Both the position numbers and the translations under genes were made by a program. The notes beneath the pieces are model-generated. The model made no database searches. It was not told the origin of the DNA and was given only the letters and a program-made list of their open reading frames with translations. A stretch of DNA of 64,000 nt from Bacteroidia bacterium (lineage in GTDB: Bacteria > Bacteroidota > Bacteroidia > M30B66): positions 2,528,001 to 2,592,000 of the forward strand of contig OZ257142.1 of the NCBI GenBank assembly GCA_965279035.1. The letters are read 5' to 3'. Below, one piece after another: positions 7,927 through 17,750 of the stretch; within the stretch, counting starts at the first letter, position 1, and every line of letters starts with the position of its first letter.

Positions 7927-10900
7927 ATGAAACGAAATCTCCTTTCTCCAATTTTCTCATCTCCGCTTGTTTTACTACTTCTCCTTGTATCATGTACCGG
8001 AAATTCTCCCAAGTGGATTGAAGTAAGTGCCGATTTCATTCCCTACGTAAGCGCCTATACAGGCGGTATCATCTCAAGTACCAGTTCCATTCGTATTCGA
8101 TTAGCACAAGACATTCGTGGAATTGTTTCTTTCGGTGAACCTATTGAAGAAGAATATTTTGATTTTGAGCCTTCTATTACTGGTAAAACAAAATGGATAG
8201 ATGCCAATACCATTGAATTCGTCCCCGAAAAACGACTTCCTCAAAACCAACAATACACCGCCCATTTTAATTTAGGAAAACTGCTTAAAGTCCCTGAAAA
8301 GCTAGAGGACATGGCTTTTTCATTCAAAACAATTAAGCAATCGGCCGAAGTAAAACTAGGCTTTCCTCAAACCTATTCACCCGATGATTTTAGCAAACAA
8401 TACGTCGAAGGCACTTTAACGACCGCCGATAAAGCGGATCTCGAAACAGTCAAAAAAACCATTCAAGCCAAACAAAGTGTAGGAGAATTAACAATTAATT
8501 GGAGCCAAAGTGCCGATCAACACAAGCATTTCTTTAAGATTGAACAAATCAAACGTCCTTCAACCAAAGAAGATATACTACGGGTAAATTATGATGCTGA
8601 TGCATTTGAAAATGATGAAACGGAAGAATGGACGCGCAGCATCGTTCCACAAAATGAATATCGTGTTGTAAATGCCTCTGTGGTAAATGATGATGAACCG
8701 CGGGTAGAAATAGTTTTTAGTGATCCCTTGCTTGAAATGCAGGATTTAACTGGACTTGTACAAGTTATTGGAACCGATTTGCCCGATGCAGTTATTAATG
8801 GACACATTCTATCTATCTATAAATCGGATGCAGCTGAAAGTACAACAACGCTTTCGCTTTCTCCAGGAATACTTAATGCCAAAGGGAAATCGCTCGAAAA
8901 AGGCGGAAGTTTTACCGTATCGTATGATGATCCGAAACCCGATGTTCGATTTCCTGGTGGAGGAGTTATTTTACCAAGCGACAATGGGATGATTGTCCCG
9001 TTCGAGGCTGTTTCATTAAAGAAAGTGGATGTTCAAATCACCAAAATATTTGAAAACAATATTCCGCAGTTTCTTCAAAATAATGAATTAGATGGAAGTG
9101 GTAGTTTGAAGCAAGTCGGTAAAATTATCGCCATCAAATCCATTCCCCTCGAAACTGCTCATATCTCAAGCAGGAAAAAATACAGTGGCTATGCATTGAA
9201 TCTCAATGAATTAATCAAAACAGAACCGGGTGCTATCTATCGCGTTGAACTAAGCTTTCAACAATCCTATGCAACCTGCGAGTGTTTGGATGAAAATTCC
9301 TCGGAGGATCTGCAATCGGTTCAAGCTAAACCCAATTTCCGTGAGCTAAATAAACCCGGATATTATGGTGGTGATTATGCCTATTATGAAGATTATGAAG
9401 GAGATGATTACAATGAAAGTTACGACTGGCGAGAACGCAATAATCCATGTTCTGCAACATATTATATGGATCATCGAGCGGCTTCACGGAATATTCTCTC
9501 TTCGAACATTGGCTTACTAGCTAAAAGCGGAGCTGATGGTTCTTGGCAATTTATTTCAACCAACATTTTAACTGCCGAACCCTTAGCTGGTGTTGATTTG
9601 AAAATTCTCGACTATCAACAACAACAAATTGCAACATTAAAAACCGATCGGGATGGTTTCGCCTTTCTGAAAAGTAGTCCTGACGATGAACCATTTCTCT
9701 TATTGGCTTCTCAAGGAAAACACAAAGGATATCTAAAACTAAATTCTTCTTCAGCACTCAGCACCAGTCAATTTGAAGTGAGCGGTGAAGAAATTAAAGA
9801 AGGTTTGAAAGGTTTTCTCTATGCCGAACGTGGAGTATGGCGACCGGGCGATACTTTATTTATTAATCTCATGCTAGAAGTTCCCGATGCTACTAAATCG
9901 GCAGCTCAACCTATCATTTTTGAAATCCTTAATTCGCGCGGACAACGCATCAAAAAAGAGATTCAAGTATACGATCCTGAAAAAGTAATTTATAGTTTTC
10001 CTGTTGCAACGAATCCAGAAGCTCCAACTGGGAATTATTCTGCACAAGTTTCTATCGGAAGCACCGTGTTTCAAAAGAGTTTCAAGGTAGAAACAATCCA
10101 ACCGAATCGACTTAAAATCGACTTCAACTTTCCCGAAACAACCTTGAGAGCGTCACAAGCAACTACATCTGTTCCACTAAGAGCAACCTGGCTGCATGGT
10201 TCTCCGGCTGCAAATCTCAGAGCAAATGTTGCTGTTACTTTAAGTGCATCAACAACGAGTTTTCCTGCTTTTAAAGACTATATTTTTGATGATCCGTCCA
10301 GAACAACTTCAACCGAAGAAGTAACTGTGTTTGATGGCTTATTGAATGATCAAGGAGAAACGACAATCAATCCAATGATTCGTTCATCGCAACAAGCTCC
10401 TGGTCAATTAAAAGCCGATTTCACCGTACGAGTTTTTGAGCAAGGTGGCGGTTTTAGTATCGATCGGTTTAGCATTCCCTATTTGCCTTATACAAGTTTT
10501 GCTGGTATAAAAACTCCCGAAGGAGAAGGCTGGGCTAATATTCTATCCTCAGATAAACAACACACCTTGGATTTAGCTTGTGTAGATGATCGAGGAAAAG
10601 GTATTGCCGGAAGAACACTTACCGTGAATTTTTACAAAACGAGCTACGAATGGTGGTGGCAACGGAATGGTAATATTAACGACTATTACAATGCCGAATA
10701 TGCAGTTGCTGCAAGAACTGGAAAAGTAACAACCAATGCATCGGGAAAAGCAAGCTTCAATTTTAGTTTTAATGAGGATGAATTAGCTACTTATTTGGTT
10801 CGAGTTTGCGACGAAACTAGCGGTCATTGCACGGGTACAACCATTTATATTGACGATGATTCTTGGATGAGCCGAACCACCACAAAAACTCAAAATGCAC

Positions 10901-13521
10901 GAGATATCACCCTTAAATCGGATAAAGAAAAATACACTACCGGTGAATCAATTAAACTAAGTTTTCCTAGTCCAGCAGATTCCAAAGCTTTGTTAAGCAT
11001 CGAAGATGGAAGTCATGTTTTGGAAAGCCGTTGGATAAATACCACGCAAGGACAAACCGAAATTACATTCAAGGCAAAACCCGAATATGCTCCCAATGTA
11101 TATGCACATATTACGGTGCTTCAACCACATCAACATGCCAATGAGTTACCATTACGTATGTATGGTGTTTTGCCTGTGTATGTTGAAGATCCTTCCACTC
11201 GACTTGAACCCATTATTTCTTCACCCGAAATAGTACGACCTGAAACCGTTTTGAATATAGGTGTGAAAGAAAAATCGGGGCAAGAAATGGAATATACCAT
11301 CGCTTTAGTAGATGATGGATTGCTTGATTTAACACGTTATAAAACACCCGATCCTTGGAGTTCATTTTATGCGAAAGAAGCTTTGGGTGTTGTTTCTTGG
11401 GATTTGTTTGATGATGTCATTGGAGCCTATGCTGGTGCTTTCGAAAGTATTGTCACCATTGGTGGAGATGCTGAACTCGATGGGAAAAAGAAAAGCGCCA
11501 AAGCCAATCGATTCAAACCGATGGTGCGTTTTATTGGACCTTTCAAATTGAAAAAAGGCGGATCTGCTTCTCACAAAATTGCTATTCCATCCTATTTCGG
11601 TTCAGCCCGAATTATGGTCATTGCAGGAAATCCAAAGCATGCCTATGGAAGTGCAGAAAAGAAAATCACCATTCGCAAACCTTTGATGGTGCTAACAACT
11701 TTGCCTCGTGTGGTTAGTCCGGGTGAAACAATCCAACTTCCTATCAACATTTTTGCACTCGATAAATCCATCAAAAACGTAAACATCACATGCAGTCCCA
11801 ACGCGTTCTTCAAAATCAATGGTGTTGCTAAAAAAACCATTACAATGCGCTCTCCTGGTGAATCTTTAGAAGAGTTCGAATTGAAGGTTGTCAATACTAC
11901 TGGAATTGGAAAAGTAAAGGTAACAGTGAGTAGCGGCAATGAAATCGCATCGGCCGAAACAGAAATCGAAATTCGATCACCTAATGTGCCAATTACAGAT
12001 GTGACAGAAATCCTTTTAAAACCGGGTGAAATCTGGAAAGGTGATATTCAAGCGAATGGTATAGCTGGTTCACGCGAAGCATCCATCGAACTTTCGGGAA
12101 TGCCGGCTATCAATTTAAGTAAACGTTTGAAGGAATTAACTGCTTATCCGCATGGTTGCTTAGAACAAACTACATCGGCAGCATTTCCTCAAATCTATCT
12201 AAGTAATTTGGTTGATCTCTCAGAAAAAGATCAAAAAAGAACAGCAGATCATGTTCGTGCAGCCATCAAAAAAATTGGGTATTTCCAATTAGGAAATGGA
12301 GGAATGGCATATTGGCCCGGTGCCTCACAAGCCGATGAATGGTCGACTTCCTATGTTGGACACTTTTTAGTTGAAGCTCAACATGCTGGCTATCCAGTGA
12401 GTTCTTCCGTATTAAAAGGCTGGAAGAATTTTCAAAAAGTAACGGCAAAACTCTGGAAACCAACATTAAATTCATTCAATCGAGACCAAGTTCAAGCATA
12501 TCGATTATATACTCTTTCGTTGGCTGGTAGTCCTGAAATGGGAGCTATGAATCGTATGCGTGAAATCAAAAATTTGAGTCCACAATCGCGTTGGCATCTT
12601 GCGGGTGCATACGAACTCGCTGGCCAACATGAAACTGCTCTTGCCATGCTCAAGCTTTTACCGAAAGTATTTACTGAAAGTGATGTGTATTCATTCGGAA
12701 GCATTCAACGTGATGAAGCCTTGGTTTTATTAACGCTTTCAGAAGTTGGAATGGAACAAGAAGCGATGAAAATGGCAAGGAAAGTCGCGATGAATCTTGG
12801 TAATAATTCCTGGATGAGTACTCAAACTACAGCATGGTCATTAGTTGCAATTGCTAAACAAAATAAAAATCCCAAATCAGGAAAACGTTTAGATGCAGAA
12901 GTTACCTGCTCCAATAAACTTCAAAAAATTTCTGGAAATAAGCCTTTGGTTGAAGTACCGGTTACATTAGATGTATATGGGAAATCAAACGTCATCATTA
13001 AAAACACCAATAAAACAGCATTATATGTTCGTTTAATTCGTCGAGGAATTCCAGGATCAGATAAAATCATCACCCAACAAAACAATGGTTTAGCCATGAA
13101 CATTCAATATAACGATATGACTGGTCGAGCCTTAGATCCTTCATCCATTCCTCAAGGAACCGATTTTACCTTAACAGTTTCAGTTAATAATCCGACAAGT
13201 TCTACTTCGTATTCTGATTTAGCATTTTCGCTTCTTTTCGCATCGGGTTGGGAATTCAACAATACACGTGTGAATGATGTTGCTAATGCACAAGAGGCAT
13301 CCAATTTTGATTATCAGGATATTCGGGATGACCGAGTACAAACTTATTTTCAGCTTTCTTCACGAGATTCTAAAGTCTTCAAATTCAAATTCAATGCTTC
13401 CTATACTGGAACATTTTATTTGCCTTCATTTTTAGTGGAGTCGATGTATGATAATACAATCTATGCTCGAACAGCCTCATCTTGGGTACGCGTTTTAAGA
13501 CCACAAGCACGGGCAATCTGA
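7927..13521 (+). CDS. Bacterial alpha-2-macroglobulin (YfhM-like lipoprotein, thioester type)
   Basis: Lipobox LLVSC, ERGVWRPGD MG2 motif, YPHGCLEQ thioester motif, DIRDDRV C-terminal motif; ~1860 aa from ATG 7927. Confidence 0.95.
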   Translation: MKRNLLSPIFSSPLVLLLLLVSCTGNSPKWIEVSADFIPYVSAYTGGIISSTSSIRIRLAQDIRGIVSFGEPIEEEYFDFEPSITGKTKWIDANTIEFVPEKRLPQNQQYTAHFNLGKLLKVPEKLEDMAFSFKTIKQSAEVKLGFPQTYSPDDFSKQYVEGTLTTADKADLETVKKTIQAKQSVGELTINWSQSADQHKHFFKIEQIKRPSTKEDILRVNYDADAFENDETEEWTRSIVPQNEYRVVNASVVNDDEPRVEIVFSDPLLEMQDLTGLVQVIGTDLPDAVINGHILSIYKSDAAESTTTLSLSPGILNAKGKSLEKGGSFTVSYDDPKPDVRFPGGGVILPSDNGMIVPFEAVSLKKVDVQITKIFENNIPQFLQNNELDGSGSLKQVGKIIAIKSIPLETAHISSRKKYSGYALNLNELIKTEPGAIYRVELSFQQSYATCECLDENSSEDLQSVQAKPNFRELNKPGYYGGDYAYYEDYEGDDYNESYDWRERNNPCSATYYMDHRAASRNILSSNIGLLAKSGADGSWQFISTNILTAEPLAGVDLKILDYQQQQIATLKTDRDGFAFLKSSPDDEPFLLLASQGKHKGYLKLNSSSALSTSQFEVSGEEIKEGLKGFLYAERGVWRPGDTLFINLMLEVPDATKSAAQPIIFEILNSRGQRIKKEIQVYDPEKVIYSFPVATNPEAPTGNYSAQVSIGSTVFQKSFKVETIQPNRLKIDFNFPETTLRASQATTSVPLRATWLHGSPAANLRANVAVTLSASTTSFPAFKDYIFDDPSRTTSTEEVTVFDGLLNDQGETTINPMIRSSQQAPGQLKADFTVRVFEQGGGFSIDRFSIPYLPYTSFAGIKTPEGEGWANILSSDKQHTLDLACVDDRGKGIAGRTLTVNFYKTSYEWWWQRNGNINDYYNAEYAVAARTGKVTTNASGKASFNFSFNEDELATYLVRVCDETSGHCTGTTIYIDDDSWMSRTTTKTQNARDITLKSDKEKYTTGESIKLSFPSPADSKALLSIEDGSHVLESRWINTTQGQTEITFKAKPEYAPNVYAHITVLQPHQHANELPLRMYGVLPVYVEDPSTRLEPIISSPEIVRPETVLNIGVKEKSGQEMEYTIALVDDGLLDLTRYKTPDPWSSFYAKEALGVVSWDLFDDVIGAYAGAFESIVTIGGDAELDGKKKSAKANRFKPMVRFIGPFKLKKGGSASHKIAIPSYFGSARIMVIAGNPKHAYGSAEKKITIRKPLMVLTTLPRVVSPGETIQLPINIFALDKSIKNVNITCSPNAFFKINGVAKKTITMRSPGESLEEFELKVVNTTGIGKVKVTVSSGNEIASAETEIEIRSPNVPITDVTEILLKPGEIWKGDIQANGIAGSREASIELSGMPAINLSKRLKELTAYPHGCLEQTTSAAFPQIYLSNLVDLSEKDQKRTADHVRAAIKKIGYFQLGNGGMAYWPGASQADEWSTSYVGHFLVEAQHAGYPVSSSVLKGWKNFQKVTAKLWKPTLNSFNRDQVQAYRLYTLSLAGSPEMGAMNRMREIKNLSPQSRWHLAGAYELAGQHETALAMLKLLPKVFTESDVYSFGSIQRDEALVLLTLSEVGMEQEAMKMARKVAMNLGNNSWMSTQTTAWSLVAIAKQNKNPKSGKRLDAEVTCSNKLQKISGNKPLVEVPVTLDVYGKSNVIIKNTNKTALYVRLIRRGIPGSDKIITQQNNGLAMNIQYNDMTGRALDPSSIPQGTDFTLTVSVNNPTSSTSYSDLAFSLLFASGWEFNNTRVNDVANAQEASNFDYQDIRDDRVQTYFQLSSRDSKVFKFKFNASYTGTFYLPSFLVESMYDNTIYARTASSWVRVLRPQARAI

Positions 13522-13588
13522 AAAAGTTGTTGATGAATCTTCATATTTTCACCCGAGTACAATCGAATGAAATAGATAGTTTTTTCAC

Positions 13589-13596
13589 TACATTTG
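13589..13596 (+). promoter_or_regulatory. Bacteroidota -7 promoter element (TACATTTG) for etfBA
   Basis: Exact TAnnTTTG match 32 nt before the etfB ATG. Confidence 0.6.
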
Positions 13597-13628
13597 CACG
13601 CCCAAAAAAATCAACCAATACCGACTAA

Positions 13629-14366
13629 ATGAAGATACTCGTTTGCATCAGTCAGGTACCTGATACCACTAGTAAAATTGCGTTTACAGATAACAACACC
13701 AAATTCAGCGAGGACAAAGTTCAATACATCGTCAATCCATACGACGAGTGGTATGCGCTTGTTCGTGCACTCGAAATAAAAGAAGCGTCTGGTGGAAATG
13801 TTAGCATCATCACCGTAGGAACATCAGCGGTTGAACCAATCATTCGAAAAGCTTTGGCCATTGGTGCTGATGACGCTATTCGTATTGATGCTGATCCTAA
13901 AGATGCTTTTTCAACAGCCAAAGCAATTGCAGATTATGCTTCTGGAAAAGGCTTTGATTTGATTCTTGCAGGAAAAGAAACTATCGATTATAATGGTTCT
14001 GAAGTAGGCGGAATGATTGCTGGTTTGATGGATTTACCATTTATTTCTTTAGCATCAAAACTTGACATTAACGGATCCAATGCAGTAACAGAAATTGACA
14101 TTGAAGGTGGTGTTGAAATTACTACTTCACCCCTGCCCTGTGTAATTTCTTGCGCCAAAGGAATGGCAGAAGCTCGCATTCCAAACATGCGTGGAATCAT
14201 GGCTGCTCGAACTAAAAACATCGAAGTCATTTCGAATTCTGTCGCTCCACTCGTGAGTGTCAAAGAATTTACTTTACCTGCTCCTAAATCTGCTGTAAAG
14301 TTGATTGATCCTGCAAACATGGACCAACTTGTTGAATTACTTCATTCTGAAGCAAAAGTTATTTGA
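13629..14366 (+). CDS. etfB: Electron transfer flavoprotein beta subunit
   Basis: MKILVCISQVPDT, NPYDE, ALAIGAD, GKETIDY, RIPNMRGIM. Confidence 0.95.
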   Translation: MKILVCISQVPDTTSKIAFTDNNTKFSEDKVQYIVNPYDEWYALVRALEIKEASGGNVSIITVGTSAVEPIIRKALAIGADDAIRIDADPKDAFSTAKAIADYASGKGFDLILAGKETIDYNGSEVGGMIAGLMDLPFISLASKLDINGSNAVTEIDIEGGVEITTSPLPCVISCAKGMAEARIPNMRGIMAARTKNIEVISNSVAPLVSVKEFTLPAPKSAVKLIDPANMDQLVELLHSEAKVI

Positions 14367-14368
14367 TC

Positions 14369-15349
14369 ATGGCTGTACTTATTGTTACCGAAACTTCCAA
14401 AGGAAAATTCAATAAAGCTTCCATTGAAGCTATTTCATACGGAGCTCAAGTAGCTCGACAACTTTCAACAGAAGCAACATTACTTTCAATTGGTACTGGT
14501 GCTGATGAAGAACTTTCCAAAGCTGGTGAATATGGCGTAAAGGCTGTACTTAAAGCAGATAGTTCAAAACTCAATCATTTCGATACACAATTATTTAGCA
14601 AACTCATTTTATCTGCATTAGATAAAACTGGAGCTGATGTATTGATTATGAGTCACGATCGTACGGGAAAAGCTGTCGCACCGCGAATTTCGGCCATTCT
14701 GCAAGCAGGCTTAATTTCAGGTGCAGTTGCTTTACCGAATACATCTGCAGGATTTTCTGTAAAAAAGAATGTTTTTTCGGGGAAAGCTTTTGCAGAATAC
14801 AACATTAGTACACCAAAAAAAATAATTACACTTTTACCGAATTCTGTTCCGGTTCAAAATACAGGTGGTTCAGCAACGGTATCTTCTTATAATGAAGTGC
14901 CAGATGCATTTAATTCTGTATTAAAAATCGAAGAACGTGTTCATCAAACCGATGGTGAAATTCCACTTCCGGGCGCTGATCTCGTTGTTTCTGCAGGTCG
15001 TGGAATGAAAGGTCCCGAAAATTGGGGGATGATTGAAGACCTTGCTAAAACATTAGGTGCTGCTACTGCTTGCTCACGTCCAGTTGCTGATATAGGCTGG
15101 CGTCCTCATCACGAACACGTGGGACAAACTGGAATTGCCATTCGCCCAAACTTGTATATCGCTGTCGGGATTTCAGGTGCTATTCAACATTTAGCAGGTG
15201 TAAATGGGTCGAAAGTGATTGTGGTAATCAACAAAGATCCTGAAGCTCCTTTCTTTAAAGCGGCTGATTATGGTGTTGTTGGTGATGCATTTGAAATTGT
15301 TCCGAAACTGAACGAAGCTTTTCGTAAATTCAAGGCTCAGAATGCCTGA
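14369..15349 (+). CDS. etfA: Electron transfer flavoprotein alpha subunit
   Basis: VVSAGRG, ACSRPV, HVGQTG, LYIAVGISGAIQHLAG FAD-binding motifs; ATG at 14369. Confidence 0.95.
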   Translation: MAVLIVTETSKGKFNKASIEAISYGAQVARQLSTEATLLSIGTGADEELSKAGEYGVKAVLKADSSKLNHFDTQLFSKLILSALDKTGADVLIMSHDRTGKAVAPRISAILQAGLISGAVALPNTSAGFSVKKNVFSGKAFAEYNISTPKKIITLLPNSVPVQNTGGSATVSSYNEVPDAFNSVLKIEERVHQTDGEIPLPGADLVVSAGRGMKGPENWGMIEDLAKTLGAATACSRPVADIGWRPHHEHVGQTGIAIRPNLYIAVGISGAIQHLAGVNGSKVIVVINKDPEAPFFKAADYGVVGDAFEIVPKLNEAFRKFKAQNA

Positions 15350-15401
15350 GTAATTATCAATACTGCCGACCGAAAGTCTAGCACTTTCATGTGAAGCCAT
15401 T

Positions 15402-16010
15402 ATGAAGAAAATTAAGCTCGAAATATCTGGACTTTCCTACAGTCAAACTCAAAGTGGAGCCTATGCGCTTGTCCTTGGAGAAAATGGAGGAAAACGTCGA
15501 CTACCGATTATCATCGGCGGATTTGAAGCACAAGCCATCGCTATTGAACTAGAAAAGATGGCTCCTACTCGACCACTCACGCATGATTTATTTAAATCAT
15601 TCGCAGAATCATTCAATGTACATGTTCGTGAAGTGGTGATTTATAATTTGGTTGAGGGGATTTTTTACGCCAAGTTGATTTGTCAACAAGATGGTGCAAA
15701 CGATGTAGAGGTTGATGCTCGAACAAGCGATGCCATTGCATTAGCAGTCCGTTTTCAATGCCCAATTTATACCTACGAATTTATTTTAAGTTCAGCAGGA
15801 ATTTTAATTGATGATGTGGGAGATGATGCAACAGCCGCCCTTCCTGCAGCCGAAAGTTCCGCTTCCAAAGAACCAATCACCAAAGAACCAAGCACAGAAT
15901 TGAGTGGAAAAAGTAAAGACGAACTCAAGCAAATGCTAAAAGCAGCAATCGAAGATGAAGCTTATGAAAAAGCTGGAAAAATTCGAGATGAGTTAGAGAA
16001 GCGGAAATAA
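15402..16010 (+). CDS. Bifunctional nuclease family (DUF151) protein with C-terminal UVR domain
   Basis: LPIIIGGFEAQAIA, RPLTHDL, DARTSDAIALA; C-terminal AIEDEAYEKAGKIRDEL. Confidence 0.92.
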   Translation: MKKIKLEISGLSYSQTQSGAYALVLGENGGKRRLPIIIGGFEAQAIAIELEKMAPTRPLTHDLFKSFAESFNVHVREVVIYNLVEGIFYAKLICQQDGANDVEVDARTSDAIALAVRFQCPIYTYEFILSSAGILIDDVGDDATAALPAAESSASKEPITKEPSTELSGKSKDELKQMLKAAIEDEAYEKAGKIRDELEKRK

Positions 16011-16028
16011 TCCCGATAGCAATCGGGA
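16011..16028. repeat. Short palindrome TCCCGAT-AGCA-ATCGGGA (REP-like)
   Basis: Perfect 7-bp inverted repeat directly after the DUF151 stop codon. Confidence 0.7.
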
Positions 16029-16029
16029 G

Positions 16030-16073
16030 ATGTGCTAGTGTGTTGATGTGCTAATGTGTTGATGAGATAATGT
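16030..16073. repeat. Degenerate octamer tandem repeat (ATGTGCTA/ATGTGTTG)
   Basis: Units ATGTGCTA GTGTGTTG ATGTGCTA ATGTGTTG ATGAGATA ATGT. Confidence 0.85.
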
Positions 16074-16078
16074 ACTCC

Positions 16079-16127
16079 TTTCGACAAGCTCAAGGAGCAA
16101 TAATCGAACGCTGAGCTTTTGTCGAAA
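16079..16127. repeat. REP-like inverted repeat TTTCGACAAGCTCA...TGAGCTTTTGTCGAAA
   Basis: 14-bp arms, right arm with 2 extra T, 19-nt spacer. Confidence 0.75.
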
Positions 16128-16201
16128 CGTGATGATGATAACTATAGAGAGTTGTGATTAATGATCCAAAGTATATAATTAAACATATCGTAATTTCAAA
16201 T

Positions 16202-16271
16202 TCGTATATCGTACATCGTACATCGTATATCGTATATCGTAATTCGTAATTCGTAATTCATAATTCGTAAT
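16202..16271. repeat. Heptamer tandem repeat (TCGTAnn x10)
   Basis: TCGTATA TCGTACA TCGTACA TCGTATA TCGTATA TCGTAAT TCGTAAT TCGTAAT TCATAAT TCGTAAT, ending 4 nt before mnmE. Confidence 0.92.
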
Positions 16272-16275
16272 AAAA

Positions 16276-17664
16276 TTGAAACTCGAACACGAAACCACTA
16301 TTTGTGCATTAGCAACGGGAGGAGGAATGTCGGCCATTGCGGTAATTCGTGTTTCGGGAAAAGATGCAATTGAGTTATGTGATCAAGTATTCAGAGGGAA
16401 AAAAGGTAAAAAGCTTGCAGATCAAAAAGGCTATACCATTCATTTTGGATCTATAATCTGGAATGAAAGAGTAATTGATGAAGTGCTCGTTTCGGTATTT
16501 CGTTCACCCAATTCGTATACAGGTGAAAATACACTTGAAATAAGTTGTCATGGTTCAACTTTTATTCAGCAAGAATTATTATCTGCTCTATATTCTACAG
16601 GCATTCAACCAGCCAAACCGGGTGAATTTACCTTGCGTGCATTTTTAAATGGAAAGATGGACTTGAGTCAAGCCGAAGCGGTTGCCGACCTCATATCATC
16701 CGAAAACAAAGCTTCACATGAATTGGCCTTAAAGCAAATGCGTGGTGGTTTTTCAGAAGAAATAGCGAAGCTACGAGAGCAGCTCATGAATTTTGCTGCA
16801 CTCATCGAACTCGAACTCGACTTCAGCACCGAAGATGTAGAATTTGCTGATCGCTCATTATTACTCACATTAGTCAAACATGTTATACATGTTGTTCATT
16901 CCCTCAAAGAAAGTTATGCTCTCGGAAATGTTCTAAAACAAGGCATTCCTGTTACCATTGCAGGTCGACCCAACGCAGGAAAATCGACTTTGTTAAATGC
17001 TTTATTAAATGAAGAAAGAGCGATTGTTAGTCCAATAGCCGGCACAACACGAGATAGTATTGAAGACAATTTAATTATTGACGGAATTTCGTTTCGATTT
17101 ATTGATACAGCAGGCTTGAGAGATTCTAAAGATGAAATTGAAAGCATTGGAGTTGAGCGTAGTTATCAAAAAATAAATGAAGCTGAAATTGTTTTATTTC
17201 TGTTTGATGCAAGCTTTGCCAATCAACCACAAATTTTAGAAGATCTCCTTGTGCTTCGTGAACGTGTTGGTTCAGGCAAATTCATCATACCGGTTGGAAA
17301 TAAAGTGGATCAATTAGATGAACCTGTACTTGATATTTACAATCAATTGATGGGAGCTGCTTGGATTTCTGCACTGAAGAAAGATGGGCTTGTTGAATTG
17401 AAGCAACAATTGATTCAATGGGTAAATTCAGGCATTCAGGGGAATTCAGAAATTATAGTTACGAATGCTCGTCATGTTGATGCACTTAGTCGTGCAGAAG
17501 AAAATTTGTTGGATGTTCAGAAAGATTTAGAATTAAATATTGCTAGTGATTTATTAGCTATTGATATTCGTTCGGCTATTTCAACACTTTCAGAAATCAC
17601 TGGAGAAGTAAATAATGAAGACCTTTTAGGGCATATTTTCGGCAAATTCTGTATCGGAAAATAA
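16276..17664 (+). CDS. mnmE: tRNA uridine-5-carboxymethylaminomethyl(34) synthesis GTPase
   Basis: TICALAT, SYTGE, EISCHG, GRPNAGKS, GTTRD, DTAG, NKVD, C-terminal FCIGK. Confidence 0.97.
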   Translation: MKLEHETTICALATGGGMSAIAVIRVSGKDAIELCDQVFRGKKGKKLADQKGYTIHFGSIIWNERVIDEVLVSVFRSPNSYTGENTLEISCHGSTFIQQELLSALYSTGIQPAKPGEFTLRAFLNGKMDLSQAEAVADLISSENKASHELALKQMRGGFSEEIAKLREQLMNFAALIELELDFSTEDVEFADRSLLLTLVKHVIHVVHSLKESYALGNVLKQGIPVTIAGRPNAGKSTLLNALLNEERAIVSPIAGTTRDSIEDNLIIDGISFRFIDTAGLRDSKDEIESIGVERSYQKINEAEIVLFLFDASFANQPQILEDLLVLRERVGSGKFIIPVGNKVDQLDEPVLDIYNQLMGAAWISALKKDGLVELKQQLIQWVNSGIQGNSEIIVTNARHVDALSRAEENLLDVQKDLELNIASDLLAIDIRSAISTLSEITGEVNNEDLLGHIFGKFCIGK

Positions 17665-17750
17665 TGTAGATTTTTAATAGCTGGTATTCATTCGTATTTC
17701 TAAAATGATACTTTTGATTATTAGCAAACTCTAAGACTCCCAATTGGAAT

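Noticed and set aside
16030-16271. CRISPR array or diversity-generating retroelement in the repeat tracts (also 26387-26525)
   Set aside because: Units are 7-8 nt tandem with no unique spacers; no cas or reverse transcriptase genes and no TR/VR pair seen
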